64,000 nucleotides of DNA from NCBI GenBank assembly GCA_964444795.1, contig CAYUIQ010000010.1:8047-72046 (forward strand). The letters are read 5' to 3'. Positions 11,876 through 22,753 of this stretch are shown in pieces (the first letter of the stretch is position 1; each line of letters opens with the position of its first letter). A program made the translations under genes and the position numbers. Source of the stretch: an uncultured Planctomycetaceae bacterium. GTDB taxonomy: Bacteria; Planctomycetota; Planctomycetia; Pirellulales; Thermoguttaceae. Under the pieces are notes generated by a model. It saw nothing but the letters and a program-made list of their open reading frames with translations, searched no databases and was not told where the DNA came from.

Positions 11876-12589
11876 CTACTGCATGTCAAGGAGCCGTTGA
11901 CGGGCTTCTTCGCGAACGTCGTCGTCAGAGTCGTCTGTCAGTGACTCTAGAACAGCTCGCCTGTCGCCAGCGGACAGACCGGCCAAGTTGTCAAGAATCG
12001 CAAGTCGCACGATAGGATCCGGGTGAGTAGCCAACTCACCCAAGGCGGTAGCGCGCGCGGTTGAAGAAACGCCGTCGCAATGCGCGATCAGCCGGACAAA
12101 CAGCTCACACTCCGGTTGTTTCGACGCGGCCAGTTCCTTCAGTACGGGCCAGGCCTCCTCTCCAAAGTCCTCCAATAGCGATGCGGTCAGCAACAGGCAT
12201 CTTTCTTGGCCTGTTGCCTCATATTGGTGAAACCCCACCTTGCAGACGGCTTCTGGCGTCGAATCACGCCTGATTAGATCGAAGAGTGAGTTTCGGACAG
12301 CCACCCCTACGTCAACAAGCGCCGGAAACAGCACCTCGGTGAAGCTGTGCTCTCTCTTGCGTAACGTCACACCAACTTGCTCACCCCCCCAAGGACAAGG
12401 AGCGGTCGAAGACAGAATGGGCTCCCATTCGGCGGCATACATCTCGTTATTGCTGCGCAGAGACTCCTTGTCTTCCAGGGAACTGCCGTACATGACCTGG
12501 TGTGCCGTCTCGCTTGGGCTAGACGACGTGAAGTAGTCGTCCTTAATGAGAGGCCTCTTACCACGCGGGTTGACTTCTCCGACGCTCAT
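11876..12589 (-). CDS. hypothetical protein with C-terminal HEAT/armadillo-like repeats (second gene of operon)
   Basis: 237-aa ORF with ATG at 12589 preceded by a GAGGA SD, 9 nt after the upstream stop. The C-terminus THPDPIVRLAILDNLAGLSAGDRRAVLESLTDDSDDDVREEARQRL resembles HEAT repeats. Confidence 0.6.
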   Translation of the reverse strand: MSVGEVNPRGKRPLIKDDYFTSSSPSETAHQVMYGSSLEDKESLRSNNEMYAAEWEPILSSTAPCPWGGEQVGVTLRKREHSFTEVLFPALVDVGVAVRNSLFDLIRRDSTPEAVCKVGFHQYEATGQERCLLLTASLLEDFGEEAWPVLKELAASKQPECELFVRLIAHCDGVSSTARATALGELATHPDPIVRLAILDNLAGLSAGDRRAVLESLTDDSDDDVREEARQRLLDMQ

Positions 12590-12598
12590 CCTTTATCC

Positions 12599-13330
12599 TC
12601 ACTTCCTTGAAACGTACGCTTTTGCAGCTTCCAGGTCTTTCAGGGCCCCTTCCAGCGCGTCAATCATTCTGCGAAGCTGGGACTCCTCGCACTGGAAGTC
12701 GAAGGACTCATGATGTCCCGAATCACGGCTTACCTTGACTAAGATGACTGGTACGAACGACACGCACTCCGGTTTATAGTCCCCAATCTGGTCGTTCAGC
12801 CCAGCGCCAAATGGTCTCTTGATGACGGCTCGCAAATCGACAAGGGTCGTACACCCCGTATAGCTGGGCAGCAACCTGGAGGCATGAAACTTCTCGAGTC
12901 TTCGTCTGTTATCTTGCTGCACGATTTCCAGAAACTTGGTGAGGAAAACGCTTGCCGATTCCTCGTCCTCTGGCAGCAGCCCAAGTTCCTTCAGGTCTTT
13001 GAGAAAATCACTCGCTGTGTCACTAACCGGATTCCACTGACGATAGATAAACAGGAGGAGCTTAATGACTCTCAAGATGTTTGCCGCATTACCGCCCAGT
13101 TCACTAATACGACTGACGGCTTCGTCGGTAGCCTTCTTCTGCTCTCCAGTCGTCTGCGTCTTGTATATGCCAGGGATATCGGAAAGAAGGGCGGTCCCTT
13201 GCTCTTCGGTCACTTCCTCCCACAGGAGTGGAAAGTCGTCCCGAAACTCCTTCGGAAGATCCGCAAACTGATTGAAAATGGCGGTTCTCATAAACCTATC
13301 CGTGAATCGTCCAAAATAGTACCGAGCCAA
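12599..13330 (-). CDS. hypothetical protein (first gene of low-GC three-gene operon)
   Basis: 243-aa ORF. The start is TTG 13330 or ATG 13291. The N-terminal two-thirds look helical and the C-terminal ~70 aa strand-rich. It contains the string RRRLEKFH (Rx4-6H). No family recognised. Confidence 0.6.
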   Translation of the reverse strand: MARYYFGRFTDRFMRTAIFNQFADLPKEFRDDFPLLWEEVTEEQGTALLSDIPGIYKTQTTGEQKKATDEAVSRISELGGNAANILRVIKLLLFIYRQWNPVSDTASDFLKDLKELGLLPEDEESASVFLTKFLEIVQQDNRRRLEKFHASRLLPSYTGCTTLVDLRAVIKRPFGAGLNDQIGDYKPECVSFVPVILVKVSRDSGHHESFDFQCEESQLRRMIDALEGALKDLEAAKAYVSRK

Positions 13331-13739
13331 TCTTCAAATCGGCCGTGAAACGACGCACAATTGCAGCCAATCACGGAATAATACCCGAAAGGCTGCCATA
13401 CATCCACCTCTCCGCCTCCAGACGCAGGACACAACGAGCATCCGCAACCGGGTAAGCCGGATGGTCTCGACACGAACATCCAACGTCTCTATTCTATCAC
13501 CCCCTCGCTTGTGGGGCAACCGAGAGAGTGGAGCCACTTCTGAAAGAACGATCGTTTCCCGGCTTTACGCTTTGCCGAACAGGCTCGACCCACAATTCAG
13601 AACCCCTCTAATGACGGGCATGAATGGCGAATTCGCCGCCTCGGCGATATATGAAGGGGGGGGTGCCCGTGATGCCCGCCTTATACTCGCGAGATGCCAA
13701 TGCCGCCCAACCTTCTCGCTCCAGCGAGTTCCCCCCGTC

Positions 13740-14762
13740 TCACCGCCGCCGGGCCAAAACGCCGTTGATCACCAAAGCGACCATCAGCACGATGCCGAGA
13801 AGCATTTGTCGGGCGAGGTCGTCGATCCAGTTGATTTTGTAGAGGCCGACCTTGAGCACGGTGAAGGTGAGCACGCCGACGGCCGTCTTGCCCATGCCGC
13901 CTTCGCCGCCGAAGAGACTGGTTCCGCCCAGCACGACACAGGCCACGGAGCTGAGCAGCAGGGCTTTGTTCTGGTCCAGCGTGACGTTGCCCATGCGTCC
14001 CGAGTTGACCAGTCCGCCCAGCCCGGCGGTGACCGCGCAGATGGCCAGGCAGACGGCGATGGTCCAGGCCGTTCGCACACCGGCCAGCCGAGCCGCCTCG
14101 CGATTGCCGCCGGTCATGTAGACGTAGCGTCCGAAACGCGTGTGCTGGAGCACGACATGGCCGACGATGAACACGGCCACCGCCAGCATCGCGCTATAGG
14201 GGAGCGTGAATCGACCGGTCAGTTCCAGTCCCTCGTTGCCGATCGTGCGAAACACTCCGGGGATCTTGACCATCTCGCTCTGGGTCAAGTACTTGGCCAG
14301 ACCCTCGGCGATGAACATCATGGCCAGCGTGATGATGAAGCTGGGCAGCCGCGACCAAACGGTCAACACGCCCGAGAGGAATCCCAAGGCCAGGCAACTG
14401 GCAAGCGCCAAGAAAATGGTCAGGGCGACCATGCCGTCCGAGACCGTGCCGTCGCGTGCGATGGCCCAGTTCTCGAAGAGCCAGCCGCACAGGCAGGCCG
14501 ACCACAAGGCCATCATGCCCACCGACAGATCGATCTCGGCGCAGAGCAACACGTAGGTCAGCCCCGCCGCGACAATAGCCATCGCCGCGCCTTGCTGGAG
14601 AACGAACACCAGCGTGGCGGGGCTCAAGAATCCGGGCGCGGCAATCGTGAAGAACAAAACCAGCACCGCCAGGCTGATCAGCGGCGCGAGGTCGCGGGCT
14701 TCCCAACGAGCCGTCAGACGTTTCGACAGGGAATCGGACCGGTCATTCTTAGATCTATTCAT
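13740..14762 (-). CDS. sugar ABC transporter permease (RbsC/AraH-type)
   Basis: 340 aa with about 10 predicted hydrophobic helices and typical ribose-family permease blocks (LSVGMMALWSA..., GGTSLFGGEGG). Confidence 0.9.
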   Translation of the reverse strand: MNRSKNDRSDSLSKRLTARWEARDLAPLISLAVLVLFFTIAAPGFLSPATLVFVLQQGAAMAIVAAGLTYVLLCAEIDLSVGMMALWSACLCGWLFENWAIARDGTVSDGMVALTIFLALASCLALGFLSGVLTVWSRLPSFIITLAMMFIAEGLAKYLTQSEMVKIPGVFRTIGNEGLELTGRFTLPYSAMLAVAVFIVGHVVLQHTRFGRYVYMTGGNREAARLAGVRTAWTIAVCLAICAVTAGLGGLVNSGRMGNVTLDQNKALLLSSVACVVLGGTSLFGGEGGMGKTAVGVLTFTVLKVGLYKINWIDDLARQMLLGIVLMVALVINGVLARRR

Positions 14763-14768
14763 AAGCGT

Positions 14769-16283
14769 TTACGCATAGCGCATGAGGGTTGCTTTATCGA
14801 CCTGCGTGTCGGCGAATTCCCGAGTCACGCGGCCGCGGCTCATCACCATAATCCGGTCGGCGTACGTTAGCAGCATCTCCGGCTCGGCCGAACAGAGGAC
14901 CACGGCCAGCCCCTGCTCTTTGAGTTCGACGACCAACCGCATCACCTCGTCTTTGGCACCCACGTCCATGCCGCGAGTCGGTTCTTCCAACAGCAGTACG
15001 CGCATCGGCCCCATCAGCCAGCGGGCCATGATCGTCTTCTGCTGGTTGCCACCGGAGAGATTTCCCGCCGCCATGCGCGGGTCGTCGACCCTGCATCCAA
15101 CGCGTTTGAGGATCGCACCAGCCGCGGCGATTTCCTTCTCGGCCCACAGCCAGTGGCCGGTTGCGCGACCCAGGTGTGCCAGGGTAACGTTCTTGTAGAT
15201 CTCGGCCTTGGGGAAGAGGCTCTTCGCGCGATCGGCGGCCATCATGGCGACGCCCCGGCTCACGGCGGAACGCGGACGACCCGGTGCCAGCGGCTTGTCG
15301 TCCAGGAGCACCTCTCCCTCGTCGGCACGGTTAGCTCCGGCCAGCGTGTGGACCAGTTCCTGATGTCCCGCTCCGACGAACCCATAAAGCCCCAGACACT
15401 CGCCCGGCGAAACCTCGAAATCGACGTTGTCGAAAGCGCCGGCCAGCGACAGGCCTTGCACCCGAAAGACGGGCGGACGGTCCGCTGGTGGTTGCAGCGT
15501 GGCGCCCGAGGCGTATCCGTCTTCGGTCTCTTCTATCTCGTGTCCCAGCATGGCCCGGATCACGTCGTGTTTGTCCAGCGTGTTCTTTTCGGCGGTTTCC
15601 AGTCGCCGGCCGTTGCGCAGGATCGTCACCCGATCGCAGATCTCCAACACGTCTTCAATGAAATGGCTGATAAAGACAATGGCCACACGCCGATGGCGCA
15701 GCCGCCGAATCAACTCGAACAGCCGCCGCGTTTCCGGTGGGCTCAGCGCGCTGGTCGGCTCGTCGAGAATGAGCACGCGGGCGCCGCTGTGAATACCTCG
15801 TGCGATCTCGACCATCTGCCGAATCACCAGCGGAAAACTATCCAGGCGGCGGGTGACGTCGACGTCGATCTCCAATTCGGCCAGATGGCTCCGTGCCGCG
15901 GTATGCATGGCCGGCCAGTCGATGCGGCCGAACCGGGCGACCGGCTGCCGGCCGAGAAAGAGGTTCTCGGCCACCGAGAGTTGTCCCACGCCGGAAAGCT
16001 CCTGATAGACCATGGCGATTCCCCGCGCCAACGCGGCCTGTGGAGTGGCCAACCGCGCGACTCGCCCGTCCAGGAGCACGGTTCCCGAGTGGTCGGGCAA
16101 CACGCCGGCGAGGATCTTCATCAGCGTGCTCTTACCCGCCCCGTTGCAGCCCACCAGACCGTGGACTTCGCCGGCTCGCAGCGTGAAGTCGACGTCCTTC
16201 AAAGCCGTTACCGGACCGAATCGCTTGCCGATGCGGCGGCATTCCAACAGCGGGGCGGTGGTATCGGTCGAAGTGGCCGTCAT
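14769..16283 (-). CDS. sugar ABC transporter ATP-binding protein (duplicated ATPase, RbsA/MglA-type)
   Basis: Two NBDs: Walker A GCNGAGKST, signature LSGGNQQK, Walker B LLLEEPTRGMD. ATG at 16283 overlaps the upstream stop (ATGA). The track ORF has a spurious 132-aa N-terminal extension. Confidence 0.9.
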   Translation of the reverse strand: MTATSTDTTAPLLECRRIGKRFGPVTALKDVDFTLRAGEVHGLVGCNGAGKSTLMKILAGVLPDHSGTVLLDGRVARLATPQAALARGIAMVYQELSGVGQLSVAENLFLGRQPVARFGRIDWPAMHTAARSHLAELEIDVDVTRRLDSFPLVIRQMVEIARGIHSGARVLILDEPTSALSPPETRRLFELIRRLRHRRVAIVFISHFIEDVLEICDRVTILRNGRRLETAEKNTLDKHDVIRAMLGHEIEETEDGYASGATLQPPADRPPVFRVQGLSLAGAFDNVDFEVSPGECLGLYGFVGAGHQELVHTLAGANRADEGEVLLDDKPLAPGRPRSAVSRGVAMMAADRAKSLFPKAEIYKNVTLAHLGRATGHWLWAEKEIAAAGAILKRVGCRVDDPRMAAGNLSGGNQQKTIMARWLMGPMRVLLLEEPTRGMDVGAKDEVMRLVVELKEQGLAVVLCSAEPEMLLTYADRIMVMSRGRVTREFADTQVDKATLMRYA

Positions 16284-17350
16284 ATTAGGCAATGCTTGGG
16301 GTTGCTCATGTAGAACATGGCATCCAGGTTGCCGGACTCCGGAGATACCAGCGGGCTGGGCAACACGATTTCCAGCGGCACGTCTTCGACCTTTTCCTCG
16401 TTGCGGGCGATGAAGTGTCCGAGGAAGAGTGAGGTGACGTGTACCAGGCACGCGGGGTTCACGGTGGTCGCCGCCAGCAACCCGTCGCGCACGCCCTCCA
16501 GCCCGTTGGTCTGTCCGTCGACCCCGGTGACCACCATCTTCTCGTGCGGAGTTCCCTTGACGGCGGAAACGCAGGCCAGGGCCATGTCGTCGTTGTGGAA
16601 GAAGGCCCCGGCTATCGGTTCGCTCTGGCCCAGAAAAAGTTCGAACTGATCGCGGGCCTTCTCCAGGTCCCAGTCGCACCAGCGCACACCGTCGGTGGGG
16701 TCCTTGGCGTTGTCGTCGACGCCGGCTACCTTGACGTCCGGGTACTTCTTGACGATGTTCATGAACCCCTGGTTTCGATCGCGGGCGCCGCTATGGGCAC
16801 TCTCGCCGCCGATGTGGATCACCGTGCCGCGGCCGCCGATCTTGTCCATCAGATATTGCGTACTACTCTCGGCCATGGCCACGTGGTCGGGCGTAACCTG
16901 GCACCAAACGCCCGCCTCGCGCAACCGCTCGCGCTCTACCAGCAGCGTGTCCATCGAGATGACCGGGATCCCTCGATCGCGCAGCCGCTTGGTCGGCTCT
17001 TCCAGGGCGTTGGTCTGATTGGCCTGAAAGCAGCAGAAGTCCCACGGCTCGTCGACGATCAGGTCGAGCTTGTCTCGCTGTATCTGCGTATTATACTCGC
17101 CGTCGTACCAGACGACCTCGATGTTGAGCATATTGCCCCACAGCTCGGCGGCGTCTTTACCCAACTTACACCAGGTGCCCTGCAAGCCGCCGTTGGAAAA
17201 GGCGGCCCGAAGCCGGCGTTCGGTTCCCGAGCCCGATTGCCCCGACCCCCGGCAACCGGGCAACAGGGCGCCCAAACCCAATCCGGTTCCCGCGGCAGCC
17301 TGCTTGAGAAATCCCCGCCGCGATGGCTGGCCCGTCTGTCGACGTGTCAT
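16280..17350 (-). CDS. sugar ABC transporter substrate-binding protein (periplasmic binding protein type I) with Tat-like signal
   Basis: N-terminus MTRRQTGQPSRRGFLKQAAAGTGLGLGALLPGC has a twin-arginine motif plus a lipobox Cys. It is the first gene of the SBP-ATPase-permease operon. Confidence 0.85.
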   Translation of the reverse strand: MTRRQTGQPSRRGFLKQAAAGTGLGLGALLPGCRGSGQSGSGTERRLRAAFSNGGLQGTWCKLGKDAAELWGNMLNIEVVWYDGEYNTQIQRDKLDLIVDEPWDFCCFQANQTNALEEPTKRLRDRGIPVISMDTLLVERERLREAGVWCQVTPDHVAMAESSTQYLMDKIGGRGTVIHIGGESAHSGARDRNQGFMNIVKKYPDVKVAGVDDNAKDPTDGVRWCDWDLEKARDQFELFLGQSEPIAGAFFHNDDMALACVSAVKGTPHEKMVVTGVDGQTNGLEGVRDGLLAATTVNPACLVHVTSLFLGHFIARNEEKVEDVPLEIVLPSPLVSPESGNLDAMFYMSNPKHCLI

Positions 17351-17454
17351 GTGAATGCTCCTCGATTCCCGCGTGGTCCATGGCTACCCGTGATGATAGA
17401 CACTGGGCCAAGTCCGTGCAAGCGCCCGGGGACCAACGGGTGCCGCCCCTTGTC

Positions 17455-18446
<992 letters not shown>

Positions 18447-18450
<4 letters not shown>

Positions 18451-19265
18451 GAGGACTCTCCTCCCGGGGTGTGCGGCACGACAACCGGCAGCGGAGCCTG
18501 TGGATGATCGACTAGCACTAGCGACGTGCCGTAGATGCGACGCAGCACCTCGGGCGTCATCAGGGCCTCGGGGGTGTCGGAGAAAACGACCTCTCCCTCG
18601 CGCAGGGCGACGATCCGGTGGCTTTCCAGCGCGGCGATGTTGACGTCGTGGGTCACCGCCAGCACGGCCACGCCCGACTCGGCGTTTACGCGGACCAACA
18701 GATCGCGTATCTCGGCCTGACGGCGGTAATCGAGAAACGTCGTCGGCTCGTCCAGCAGCAGAATGTCGGCTCCCTGGGCCAGCGCGGCCGCAACGTAAAC
18801 CTTCTGCCGCTCGCCCCCGCTGAGTGTGTCCAACTGCCGCTCGGCGAACTGGCGCGTGTCGGTCAACTCCATCGCATGGGCCACGGCCTGACGATCTTCG
18901 CGGCCGATCGACGAGAAGGGACTCAAATGGGGGTAACGGCCCATGAGCACAAACTGTTCGACGGTAAAAGGAAACACCCGGCCGTCGGCCTGGGGGACGT
19001 AGCTGATCAGCCGCGCGAGTTCCTTCTGGCGATAGCTTTCCAGGGGGCGCCCGGCGATTTCGATCCGGCCGGTGCCGCCGATGAGAATCCGATCGATGCA
19101 CTTCAGCAGCGTCGTCTTGCCCGCTCCGTTGGGGCCGACGATTGATACATACTGGCCCCGTGACACGGAAAAGGACACGTCGCGCAGGATCTGCTTCTTC
19201 CCCAGACGGAACGAGAAATCAGAGACGCGGATAATCGTGTCGGGCGTCATGGCGCTGGGAGTCAT
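18447..19265 (-). CDS. ABC transporter ATP-binding protein (FepC/BtuD-type)
   Basis: Walker A GPNGAGKTT, signature LSGGERQK, Walker B ILLLDEPT. ATG at 19265 overlaps the upstream stop (ATGA). Confidence 0.9.
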
Positions 19266-20173
19266 TGCGTTGGGTCGGGGTGCAACAGTGCGGACAGTTT
19301 TTCCAGCAGCAGAATGAAACGCGGACCGGGAACGAGGGCGAAATCGTTGTCGACCACGTAGACGCGCTCGTGGGCCACGGCGCTGGCTTCGCGTATCGCC
19401 TGCCAATCGGAAAGGATCTTGTCCCGGCCGTGCTTCTTCACATGGTCGGGGAAGACCAGATCGATGATTACGTCTGGGTCGATATGCAGAATTCCCTCGG
19501 GCGAAATGACCGGATAGCGGCCCAAGCCCGCGGGACAGGCGTTTGTGCCGCCGGCCAGTTCGATCATCCGGTCGAAGTAGCCGTCGGAACCGGCGACGAA
19601 GACGTCTTCCACCGTGCCGGCGGCCAAAGTGCGGCCTACCGAGATCATCACCCGCTGGCGCGGCAATCCGGCGGTCCGTCGGCGAATCTTCTCCATGCGG
19701 CCGTTGATATCGGCCAGCAGTTGTCCCGCGGTCTCATCCGCGTCGCAGACGCGCCCGATCGTGGAAATCGATTCCAGCACGCCTTCGATGTCCTTATGGC
19801 GCACGACCAGCGTGGCGATACCCAGCGAATTCAACGCCCGCCGTGATTCTTCTTGTTCGACCAGCAGGATCACCAGGTCGGGCCGCAGGGCCACGATCGC
19901 CTCGAAGTTGGGATCGAAATGCCCGCCGACGCGGTCCTTCTCGGCCACCTCGGGCGGATAGGTGCAGTAACGCGTCACGCCGACCACTCGATCACCCAAT
20001 CCCAGGGCGAATAGCGTTTCGGTTACGCTGGGGGCCATGCTGACGATCCGTCGGCAGTCCTCTGGCGCCGGAGGAGCCACCGGGCCGGTCGACCCGTCGA
20101 GCGACTCCTTGGCCAAATGGCTGCCCACGAAAACCAGCACGACGATCGCGACGAGGGCGATTTTGGTTTTCAT
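19262..20173 (-). CDS. periplasmic binding protein (BtuF/FhuD-like, cluster A) of the ABC system
   Basis: ATG at 20173 gives the signal MKTKIALVAIVVLVFVGSHLA. RIVSMAPSVTETLFALGLGDRVVGVT is typical of this SBP family. Confidence 0.85.
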   Translation of the reverse strand: MKTKIALVAIVVLVFVGSHLAKESLDGSTGPVAPPAPEDCRRIVSMAPSVTETLFALGLGDRVVGVTRYCTYPPEVAEKDRVGGHFDPNFEAIVALRPDLVILLVEQEESRRALNSLGIATLVVRHKDIEGVLESISTIGRVCDADETAGQLLADINGRMEKIRRRTAGLPRQRVMISVGRTLAAGTVEDVFVAGSDGYFDRMIELAGGTNACPAGLGRYPVISPEGILHIDPDVIIDLVFPDHVKKHGRDKILSDWQAIREASAVAHERVYVVDNDFALVPGPRFILLLEKLSALLHPDPTQ

Positions 20174-20215
20174 GGGCGTTTTCAACGGCCTAGGAACGCG
20201 TTCTGAGATTTGTAC

Positions 20216-20281
20216 GATGGGCTTCCCAGCCCGTCGATTCAGTTCGGGCACGCCGGAATTCGACGGGCTGGGAAGCCCATC
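20216..20281. repeat. perfect 22-bp-stem palindromic hairpin element in the 5' leader of the BtuF-like operon
   Basis: The arm atgggcttcccagcccgtcga (20217-20237) is the exact reverse complement of 20260-20280, with one further flanking G-C pair and a 22-nt loop. It lies 44 nt upstream of the ATG at 20173. Confidence 0.85.
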
Positions 20282-20451
20282 ATACAAGGCCACCCGTCGA
20301 GCCATGATACCATGCCCCGCGGGCCGGATGTAGGCCCGCGTGTCGATTCCCGGGGGTCGGGCGGTGGTCAGTCGGGGCGGTAAGCGGTATAACGACACAG
20401 AGGCCGATTCCCGATTTCCCGTTGATCCCTTTCCCAACCCCATCCGGCACG

Positions 20452-21225
20452 ATGATCCGACTTGAGCAAAGTTCGCCGCCACGGTGGAAGTATCCCGCGT
20501 ACGAGCCGGGGGAACCGGTGGCCCTGTTCATCCCCTGTTACGTCGACCAGTTTTTCCCCGAGGCGGCTCGAGCCACCGCCGGGTTGCTCGCCCGACGGGA
20601 TGTCCCCACCGTCTTTCCGAAAGAGCAAACCTGTTGTGGCCAGCCGGCGTTCAACTCGGGCTACTGGGAAGACGCGCGAAAGGTCGTTCGCCACTTCTGC
20701 GACACGTTTGCCGACTACCGGTGGATTGTGTGTCCGTCGGGTTCATGCACGGCGATGTGCCGGGTCTTTTTCGGACAGGTCGATCCCGACCCGCGCGTGG
20801 TGGAGATCGGTCGGCGGGTCGTCGAGTTGACCGAGTTTCTCGTCGAAGTGTTGGGCGTGACGGACACCGGTGCCCGATTCCCCCATAAGGTAACCCTGCA
20901 CAACGGCTGCCACACGCGGCGCGAGCTGGGCGTGATCGATCCGCCGGTGAAGTTGCTGGGGGCCGTTCGCGATATCGAGTACGTGGAGATGCCCGACGTG
21001 GAAGATTGTTGCGGCTTCGGGGGCACCTTCAGCGTGAAGATGCCCGGCACCTCGCTGGCCATGGGCCGCACCAAGGTGCAAAATATCGTGGCCAGCGGCG
21101 CGGAGGTCGTGGTGTCGCCCGACTCCAGTTGCCTGATGCACATCGGCGGAATGCTCCGCCACAACCCGGCTACAAGTCACATCCAGACCAAGCACATCGC
21201 CGAAATCTTGGTCGCGGGGGAGTAA
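20452..21225 (+). CDS. lutA: L-lactate utilization protein LutA ((Fe-S)-binding, CCG-domain oxidoreductase)
   Basis: VALFIPCYVDQFFP, CCGQPAFNSGY and CCGFGGTF CCG motifs. It is followed by lutB and lutC. ATG at 20452; the track start is TTG 20422. Confidence 0.85.
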   Translation: MIRLEQSSPPRWKYPAYEPGEPVALFIPCYVDQFFPEAARATAGLLARRDVPTVFPKEQTCCGQPAFNSGYWEDARKVVRHFCDTFADYRWIVCPSGSCTAMCRVFFGQVDPDPRVVEIGRRVVELTEFLVEVLGVTDTGARFPHKVTLHNGCHTRRELGVIDPPVKLLGAVRDIEYVEMPDVEDCCGFGGTFSVKMPGTSLAMGRTKVQNIVASGAEVVVSPDSSCLMHIGGMLRHNPATSHIQTKHIAEILVAGE

Positions 21226-21231
21226 ACCGAT

Positions 21232-22638
21232 ATGTCGACTGAAGAACACGATCTCCAGGGTGCTCCCTTTCTGAAGGAGCAGATCGCCGGGCTGTACGAA
21301 CCGGCCGGATCCAAGGCAACCGGCGAGGCGGCCGAGCGGTCGACCAAACACAACCGGGAAGTGACCGAAGCGATTCCCTACTGGCAGGACTGGCGCGAGG
21401 CGGCCAGCCAGATCAAGCAATACGCGGTGGCCAACCTCGATAAGCTGCTGGTCGAGTTCGAGGAGAAAATCACCGCTCGGGGCGCTACCGTGCTTTGGGC
21501 CGAGGACGCCGAAGAAGCCAACCGCCACGTGCTTGCCATCGCCCGGGAACACGGCGTGAAAACGGTCGTCAAGGGCAAGTCGATGGTCACCGAGGAAATG
21601 GAACTCAACCAAAAGCTGGCGGAGGCCGGTATTCGGGCGGTGGAAACCGATCTGGGCGAATACATCGTGCAACTGGCCGAACAGCGCCCCACGCACATCG
21701 TCACCCCCGCCCTGCACCTTTCGGCCAAGGAGGTAGGAGAACTGTTTGCCGAGAAGCTCGGCGAACCGTTCAGCGCCGAACACGAACACCTCACCAAACT
21801 CGCCCGAAAATACCTCCGGCAGGAATTTCTCAACGCCGACATGGGTACCTCGGGTACCAACTTCGCCATCGCCGACACGGGCACGCTGGCCATCGTCGAA
21901 AACGAAGGCAACGTCGGATTGTCGACCTCGACGCCCCCGATTCACGTCGCCCTGATCGGCGTTGAGAAAGTCTTGCCGCGAATCGACTACTTGCCACTGT
22001 TTCTCAACATGCTGGCACGGGTGGGGACCGGGCAGAAGCTAACCAGTTACACCCACCTGATCCACGGAGCCACGCCGGGACGCAAATTGTACGTGATCCT
22101 GCTGGACAACGGGCGGACGAATGTTCTGCGGGACAAAGCCGCTCGGCGGGCCCTCTGCTGCATTCGTTGCGGGATGTGTCTCAACGTGTGTCCCGTCTAC
22201 CGCCGTGCCGGGGGCTGGGCCTACGGATGGGTCTATCCCGGGCCCATCGGTTCGATCATTTCGCCCCACCTGATCGGGCTGGACAAGGCGGGCTCGCTCC
22301 CCTTCGCTTCCTCGCTTTGCGGTGCTTGTAGTGATGTGTGTCCCGTGAAGATCGACATTCCCCATCAATTGGTCCACCTGCGACATCGGGCGGTCAACGA
22401 ACCGTCCCCCGCGCGCTCGCTGGGCGACCGGATCACCTGGAAACTCTGGGCTTGGGCCATGGGCGGACCGCGACGGTATCGGGCGACGATGGGGCTTGTG
22501 AAGTTGGGTGTTCGCCTGGCCCGATTCTTGCCCTGGCACCCCGGCAAGCTGGGCGCATGGACCCGAGGCCGAGCGTTGCCGCAAGTTCCCCGCGGAAAGG
22601 CGTTTCGCGCCGAGAAGCGTTCCTCTGACAAGACCTAA
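21232..22638 (+). CDS. lutB: L-lactate utilization iron-sulfur protein LutB
   Basis: 468 aa with a DUF162/LUD region and a 4Fe-4S ferredoxin motif (CIRCGMCLNVCPVY ... CGACSDVCPV). Confidence 0.9.
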   Translation: MSTEEHDLQGAPFLKEQIAGLYEPAGSKATGEAAERSTKHNREVTEAIPYWQDWREAASQIKQYAVANLDKLLVEFEEKITARGATVLWAEDAEEANRHVLAIAREHGVKTVVKGKSMVTEEMELNQKLAEAGIRAVETDLGEYIVQLAEQRPTHIVTPALHLSAKEVGELFAEKLGEPFSAEHEHLTKLARKYLRQEFLNADMGTSGTNFAIADTGTLAIVENEGNVGLSTSTPPIHVALIGVEKVLPRIDYLPLFLNMLARVGTGQKLTSYTHLIHGATPGRKLYVILLDNGRTNVLRDKAARRALCCIRCGMCLNVCPVYRRAGGWAYGWVYPGPIGSIISPHLIGLDKAGSLPFASSLCGACSDVCPVKIDIPHQLVHLRHRAVNEPSPARSLGDRITWKLWAWAMGGPRRYRATMGLVKLGVRLARFLPWHPGKLGAWTRGRALPQVPRGKAFRAEKRSSDKT

Positions 22639-22753
22639 CAGCCAGTTGGAAAAGGCGACATTGACGGAAACGCGTGCCACTGCTTGCAAGCAAGCAGTGG
22701 CACACGACCCTTCCAGTCCCCGAAGAGAATCGATAATAGAGTGGCAATATCCC

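Noticed and set aside
20174-20421. Possible cobalamin riboswitch upstream of the BtuF/BtuC/BtuD-like operon.
   Set aside because: I read the minus-strand leader for the B12-box (AGCCAGGAGACCTGCC-like) and the GGTG..AA..CC / GCCACTG core and found neither. Only generic GGGAA strings are present. A covariance-model scan (Rfam RF00174) would settle it.
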